From: Novakomyces olei
Lineage: Eukaryota
Direction of reading: 5' to 3'
DNA length: 64,000 bases
Assembly: GCA_016906335.1 (NCBI GenBank)
Contig: JADEYG010000009.1
Span: 434,001-498,000, forward strand
Shown here piece by piece: positions 57,079-64,000 of this stretch (position 1 is its first letter; every line of letters starts with the position of its first letter). A program made the translations under genes and the position numbers. The notes beneath the pieces were generated by a model. It was not told the origin of the DNA, made no database searches, and saw only the letters and a program-made list of their open reading frames with translations.

Positions 57079-59234
57079 TCACGCGTCAAGCTGCTGCGCT
57101 GATTGTAATTGTGTCAAAAGTTCCTCGGCCACGTCCTCCTTTCCAACCACAAATACGTACAAATCAAGTCCTGTGCCGTCCGGCTTTACGCTCTGAAACC
57201 TAATCTGCCTTTTCTCCCGCCTATACTCAATCCCCTTGGCTATTCCCAAATTGCAAATTACCCGGCCAGACCCTTCCATGCGCACAAGCACACGTGCTTT
57301 ATTTGTTTCTTTATTCACATTGACTTTGAGGACGCCTACTCCGAGATCCCTGTACGCTTTTTCTTCTTTACTAAACAGTTTGACTTTGGCCCGTGTCAAG
57401 TACTTTGTATCCTCGTCCTCCTCTCCTTTGCCTTTGCCCGATACCAAATCGTCATTCGTCCGTGGCTCTGCTGCCTCTGCTACTTCGTTCTCGTCTTCGC
57501 GTGCCTCTAAAGACTCTGGTTTCGAGGCTGTCGGTGTTGCAGCTTTTTGAGGCGAAAGGCCAAATGAAAACCCTGTCGTTGAAGAGGCACCAGCAGCAGG
57601 AGACTTTTGTCCAAAGGCTCCAAACTCACCAAAGGCAGTTGCTGCTGGAGCTGAAGATGTATCATCAGTGGCGCCCGTTGAACTCTGAGATAATGATCCA
57701 AACTTGAAAGCCGGTTTAGCTGCTGATTGCTGCTCAGAGTCCGAGTTGCCCAGAGGGTTATTAAATGTAAATTTTGGAGGAGCTGCTCCGGAGCCCGTAG
57801 GCTCTGAGCCGAATCTGATTGGCTGATCTGGAGTCCATGAAAAGTTCTTTTGCGGCGGAGTACCTTTGGCCACGTTCCCTGCAAAGGAAAAAATAGGGTT
57901 AGGGGTTTCCACTTTTTCAGGTTGAGCAGACTGTTCAGATTTATCCTTTGCACCAAACGATCCGCCAAAGGAAAAAGCAGATTGTGCGTTATCGCCAGCT
58001 TGCGATTTACTGGCACCGGCTCCAAAAGAGAAGGCGGGCTTGGGGGTTTCCTCCGGCAAACTCGTGTCTTTTTTTACGCTATTATCTTGTGCCATGTCGG
58101 TTTGCTTTTCAGTGGAGAATGAAAAGGCCGATGTGTTTGTATCGCTGACGTTTGCCGGTTTGAATGAGAAACTCGGTGCCGTACCGCCTGCAATAGATTT
58201 GTTTGCCAAACTTAAAGCATCCGCATTGCTTTTCGCAAAACTGTTCGTAGAGGAATCGTCCTTTTCGCTTGCTGAGCCTGCAGCCGAGTTATTAGGCCCA
58301 GAAGAAAAGCTGAAAAGTGGTTTAGCTTCTGATTCCTTATTCTTCTCATTATTTGGTTTGTTTGCTTCTGCAGTTTCGGATTCTTGTTGAGGGCTTTGGT
58401 GTGTTCCATATTCGCTCGCTGATTTGCCAAATGTAAATGGCGACGGGCCAGTCTTATTGCCAAAGGAAAAGCTCGGTGCTGGCGAAGGCGCGGTACTATT
58501 AAACGCAGATGCAGAATCATCTCTAGTCTCTGCTAAAGGCGCATTGCCACTTTTACGGGAGAGAGAAGCATCCGGAATAGCGTCCCAGTGTGTAGAGTAC
58601 TGTTGGAATAACGATTTCAAGCAGCTAAAGGCATTGTTCTCCAAGCTCTGTTGAACTGCTTTCATAAATCCATAATTTAAGGCACGTCTTTTTACAAACG
58701 TTGTATACTCCGCATTCTCTTTCTCCGGTGCATTCGACTCTGCAGCCGCTGGCGAAAACGGTTTAGCGGCCGGAGCCGAACCAAAACTGAAGAGCGGAGC
58801 TTTCGGTGCCTCGCTGTTGGCTGCATTAGCGTCTAAACGCCGTCGCGATTTTGGTATAGCAATTCTAGAATTAGTAATGAATTAATTTGAAATTTTCAAG
58901 CAACAGAATCATCTTTGTTCGGTTGGATTCGATTCGATTTTATTTTAATTTATTTTTGGTTTGAATTTAAATTTTTTATTTTATTTGTGCAAGGCAAAGC
59001 AATGACTCAGCAATCTTGATTCGTCCATTGTCTGTTTGAACAGCTTTCTTGCTCTCCGCCACTCATTGCATTGTTCCATAATCTCTTACACCTTTATTCA
59101 GAGCCGTACCTTCTTGTAGCCAAAACTTCAGGCAAAGCCGTTCTCGCTGGATCAGGTTGAGTGTCGCGCTCGTCCATGTCCTCATCGTCGGGCGAGTCCT
59201 TTGTTATTTGATTATCCGCTCCGCGTTTTGCCAT
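57079..59234 (-). CDS. NUP2: Nup2/Nup50/Nup61 nucleoporin, 2 exons
   Basis: N-terminal MAKRGADNQITKD, RR|IAIPKSRR, many FSFG repeats, C-terminal Ran-binding domain (GEEDED...GVGVLKV...RVLVR); intron ~59109-58865. Confidence 0.9.
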
Positions 59235-59434
59235 TAGACAGTGTGAAAAGTATGTGCAACTGTCAGATTCGCAGCAGTCAAATAGCACGCGCAGTTCGAT
59301 ATTTTGTGATTGTTTCTTTACGGTATATGTGCCGCAAGACACTGCGTATACAATGATGACTGTATATTCAGAGTAAATAGTTACCAGAAAATGAAGAAAA
59401 TTAACAAAATGTTGCTCGGATATTTTCTTGTGAC

Positions 59435-59694
<260 letters not shown>

Positions 59695-59784
59695 CTCTTG
59701 ATTTGCGTCTAGTGTGAATTTTATTTGGCTATCCTACACGTAATATTAAACTACAATTAGTCGAGCCTTCACGCAAGCTTTAAA

Positions 59785-61478
59785 ATGGCGTTCTTGCCAG
59801 TAGCAAAGGTGCTTTGCCTCTGTCTATGTGCATTCGCTGCAGTGTTCAAGCCAATTGCTGCCACATCTATTACGGGCTCACGTTTACTGGCTGTACTGGA
59901 TGCAGCTACAGCTGCGGACAGTTATTCCCAGTTTCTCGGCTCGTTTGAGGGTAAGCTTTGCCAGGCTTATACGTTTTTGGGTTCCATCAAGACATTACTG
60001 TTTTGTTTTTTGAGCTCTGAAATCGTTTTGCTTGTGAATGTTATTATATTTGAGATTCTTTGGCCCAATTGCTAACAAATAGAACGGGGATATGATATTA
60101 CCCTAATAGATCCGAAAACAGACGCGAAGCCTCTGTTCGAGAACGATGTACGGTCGTTTGATCACGTTTTAATTTTCACTACCAATTCAAAAAGTATGCT
60201 GTGCCAGACGATTTTTTGCAATTTATTTTATTTTATTACGATTTTTATTGGTTATTATAATCTTTCTTTGGCAAAACTAATTCTTCTAGCACTCGGACCC
60301 GAATTGACAGCTCGTTCTCTCGTAAGTTTTGTCAATGATGGTGGGAATATCATTTGTGCTACTTCGCAATATGTGCCTGAGCCTGTACGTGAACTAGGAG
60401 CGCAGATCGGTGTTACTTTTGCGCCACGAGGCTCAGTTTTGATTGATCATTTTTCCAATAATGGTGATTATCGCACCGTTGTTTCGTCCCGTATTACGGA
60501 AAATCCGTTTGTTTCTTCGTCTAAAGGCGCAATCGAATATTCTGGGACGGCTCAAGTACTCAGCAATAGTCCTTTGCTCTTGCCAGTCTTACGGGCAGAG
60601 CGCACTGCTTATGTTTACGATCCTGAGGAGGATATTTCCGGTATTGATGGTGATGTTTTTGCCGCTGGTACTCAAGCGTTTCTGGTCACGGCTTTTCAGG
60701 CACGTAACGGAGCTCGAATTTTACTTTCTGGAAGCGTGCAGCTCTTTGCAAATGATTTCAGCAAGCCTAATGGTGATTTTGTGCGTGACATAAGCAAGTG
60801 GGCCTTTCAAGAATCGGGAGTTTTACGCTCAACAGGCTTGCAGCATTACAAATTAGATGATAAACAAAAAGTTACCGAGATGCAGCACCTTTACAAAGCA
60901 ACTGAAGATAGTTTCACTCTGGATAATCCTCGCATGTATCGCATCAAGGACGTTGTGGTATGATCAGGCTCCCCTTCTTTCTTTCTGTTTTTCGTTTAAT
61001 TAAATACACGTACATATTGTTTGGCTTGCCGCACTTGACGCTAACTGTACAGGAATTTCGCATCGGGTTTTCCGGGGCTGTTGACGGAAACTGGTTCCCT
61101 TACGAGGCAAATGATGTGCAGCTGGAGCTGATAATGCTGGATTCTTATGTGCGACAGACAATGGAACTTTCTGGCACTGATGGAGCAAACGCATATTACC
61201 GTGCTCTTGTAATGCTACCCGATCACCATGGAGTATTCACGTTTCGAGTCAACTATAAGCGTCCAGGCCTTACACCCGTGGATGTTAAAGATATAGTTAC
61301 TATTCGGCACTTTTGGCATAACGAATATCCCCGCTTTCTGTCTGCCGCCTGGCCGTACTATACCGCCACTGCTTCAGTCACAATAGCCTTTTCCGCTTTC
61401 GTAGTGCTCTGGCTTTTCAATGTTGATACAAAGGAAGAACAGAGGCGAAAGTTGGAAGCTTCAAAGAAGGCACAGTAA
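59785..61478 (+). CDS. WBP1: Oligosaccharyltransferase subunit Wbp1/OST48, 4 exons
   Basis: Signal peptide, QARNGAR, LPDHHGVFTFRVNYKRPG, HNEYPRF, C-terminal TM and KKAQ ER-retrieval motif. Confidence 0.95.
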
Positions 61479-61862
61479 ATCAAACTTTAAAGAGAATAAA
61501 GAGAAACTGGCTGATTACAAACCTCTACAAACAATGTCTCGTGTTTTAAAAAGGTCAGAATATAATATATTTAGGCAGTGATTAATGATAAAAAAAGTAT
61601 GGCATTATGAAGGCAGACAGGCCGACTAATCAAGGCTAATTATGTAGCAATCTCCGCCTGGAATGATTTGATTCAAAAGTGTTTTTAATAAAGTAACGCA
61701 TATTCATGACTATACAGCTATACAAACGCTAAAATGAATAAACATTTTGTAATAAACTAACAGACTCGTACAGGCAATAAGAAATAGTAAAGATAAGTGT
61801 ACGTAGAAAAGTCTAGAGAAAAAAAGAAGTGGAAGAAGACAGGTGCCAAGAGCCAATGAAAC

Positions 61863-64000
61863 CTATGCGCTCTGAACTTTTAGAGACGATGATTTTTCAT
61901 AATTTGCAGTGTCCGAATCGGCAGTCGTGATCTCAATTCCATCCATGTTTCCTTGTTGCATGAAAAGATAATTGTCGGCCTCATCATACAGCTCACTCCA
62001 TTTTTTCGGAGCATCCGGCGAAACTGGCCAAATCAGATGTGAAATATAATACAGGCCTCCGCTCAAAAAGACGCCGAAAAAATAGTTGAGATTAAAAATG
62101 TACGTGGCGCCTTGAGAATTGGCTGCATTTGTTAGCCATTATCATTTTGAAAAATAATAAAAGTAATGACTTACGTCCACCAACGTTCCCAATGAATCCA
62201 GGCAGATTAATAGCGACGCCGCAGAGGTAGCAAACGAATCCACGAATGCTGAAACCTTTGTGATACCAGTACGGGCTTTCTTTTCCCCAAATGTACAAGC
62301 CAGAAAGACGAAGGTAGCCCTTCCGACAAAAATACTGATATTAGTATAAGGCTGTTCAAAAATGAATAAGTGGAATGATAGAAACATACATAATCCGTGA
62401 TTATAACACCGCTGATACTGGAAAGAAATACAGAGTAAGCGCTCAAACTTGCGGTAAACTGGTTCGAGCTCTTGAGCAGCTGGAAGGGGCAAATTGCGAG
62501 GCCAATACAAGCACAAACATAGCATCCACGGCGAATATTGATAAAGGGTGGGCACAAGGCGGCCATATCGTTTCCAGCACTAGAATTAGCAAACACTCAC
62601 GAATAACTAGACAAAACAAGAAAAATTGAAACAAAACAAAATAAATGTAGCATGAGCTTCAATATTCGTCTCTAAAATCATACCTTATACAGTTGGCCGA
62701 CAGGTTAATACCAATTTGTGCGAGAATAAATCCGGCAGATATGAAAAATACACCAGCACGATCAGCGCTGCTATTGTACCCACGTTCGCGATCAACAAAA
62801 GCGTCCAGGACGGAAAGAGGATCCCATTGAACTTCACCATTAAAAATAGAGGCACTCGCTGAACCAACGAGAACACCGATGAGTGAAGTAATACCAAATC
62901 CGAGTACAATTCCTGTCCATTGGGGGATAATTGCATTCCTTGGCTGACGAGCAAATCGCGAAAAGTCGGAGGCATTCGCGATTAGCGTAGCAAAATTGCC
63001 CATACAAGATATAATAGCAGTAGTAAAAGTCCAGCTGAACTCGGAGCCATGTACAGTATTGCCCGCATGGAGGTAGGGGCCAGCTCCATGGGCACGGACC
63101 AGAGTCCAGATGAGAAAGGCAATAGCCAATGGCGGAGTAACATACGCCTTGAAGGTGAAAAGATGGCGAAGTCTATGTACAGGATGCCACATAATCGGCA
63201 GCTGAATTAGCCAAAAGATGAAAAACGACACAAAATCTCTTGTACTCGTTCCACTTGACTCGGGGATATGGTTTGGGATGTATCGGAAAGACGGCGCAAG
63301 AGAGTACTGTCGTTAGAATTTAGAAATAAAGAGAGTCAGAATATAATAACGCTCAAATGATTTAGACGGAATTGAACTTTTAATTGAGGCATAAAATAGT
63401 AAACAAAAGAAAAGCCTCTCATAATCTTCAAATCATAAATAGTTTCAGACATACAATCAAAAGCTTGACACAGTTTCCGCCGATATAGCTCTGTACGCTA
63501 AACCAGACAATCGACATTACGACACGATTGAGGACGGGCCAAAGACTAAAATTAAGTTTTCAATAATGCGTTACAATACTTACGCTCCGATAGTTCCAAA
63601 CGACGCACGGCACGCTACAGGGAACGAGATGTGGTAGACGGCGCCAATACGGGCACTTATACAGACAAAAGTAGCGGCAATACTGTAACCGACCCACACG
63701 CAAATCCAAGCCTGCCACCAGTTGAGGCCGGCCGCAATACTTGTACTCGCAATCATCCAAGCTTCAGGTTAGAATTGGCTCTTGAACGACGGAAATAGGA
63801 GGAAGAAATGAAAAGAGTGAAGAGGTGAACTAGACAAGGAACAGAAGCATTAAAGCATCATTGGACAATGCCGAGATTAAAACACAAATCCTAGCATATG
63901 AATTGTATATTCACAAGAGAAATAGACTAGGCAAGACGGCAAACGGTCGTCTCTAAAACTTACTGTTGATATTGATAGAATCTGCCAGCCAAAACGCGAC
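61863..64000 (-). CDS. NCS1 uracil/allantoin permease (Fur4/Dal4 family), multi-exon, 5' end beyond the window
   Basis: [58 protein letters not shown]. Confidence 0.92.

Overview
Gene-dense, intron-rich nuclear DNA from an ascomycete fungus. Introns are short GT-AG with CTAAC-like branch points. A complex I subunit and Homol-E/Homol-D ribosomal-protein promoter boxes suggest a non-Saccharomyces lineage, possibly Taphrinomycotina (inference). I can support about 26 protein genes: two Zn2Cys6 factors, a C2H2 protein, EB1, myotubularin, Yippee, Vps53, NDUFA5, Ssu72, a KH protein, Sip3/Lam, Rab5, ETF-beta, Apn1, Rpl6, aspartate aminotransferase, Nup2, Wbp1, an NCS1 permease and several unknowns. 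There is also one intact, very recent Ty1/copia element, and a different micro/minisatellite in most intergenic regions. Best leads: (1) a nucleus-encoded, intronless copy of mitochondrial ribosomal protein S3, normally an mtDNA gene; (2) an unannotated candidate minus-strand transcript at 5.78-6.03 kb whose predicted splicing creates a GNRA-capped hairpin; (3) the copia element, which has a half-tRNA (Hemivirus-type) primer site and splits a transcription-factor promoter; (4) a dense CGG-site array upstream of an NmrA-like reductase. All exon boundaries and RNA folds were read by eye and need confirmation.
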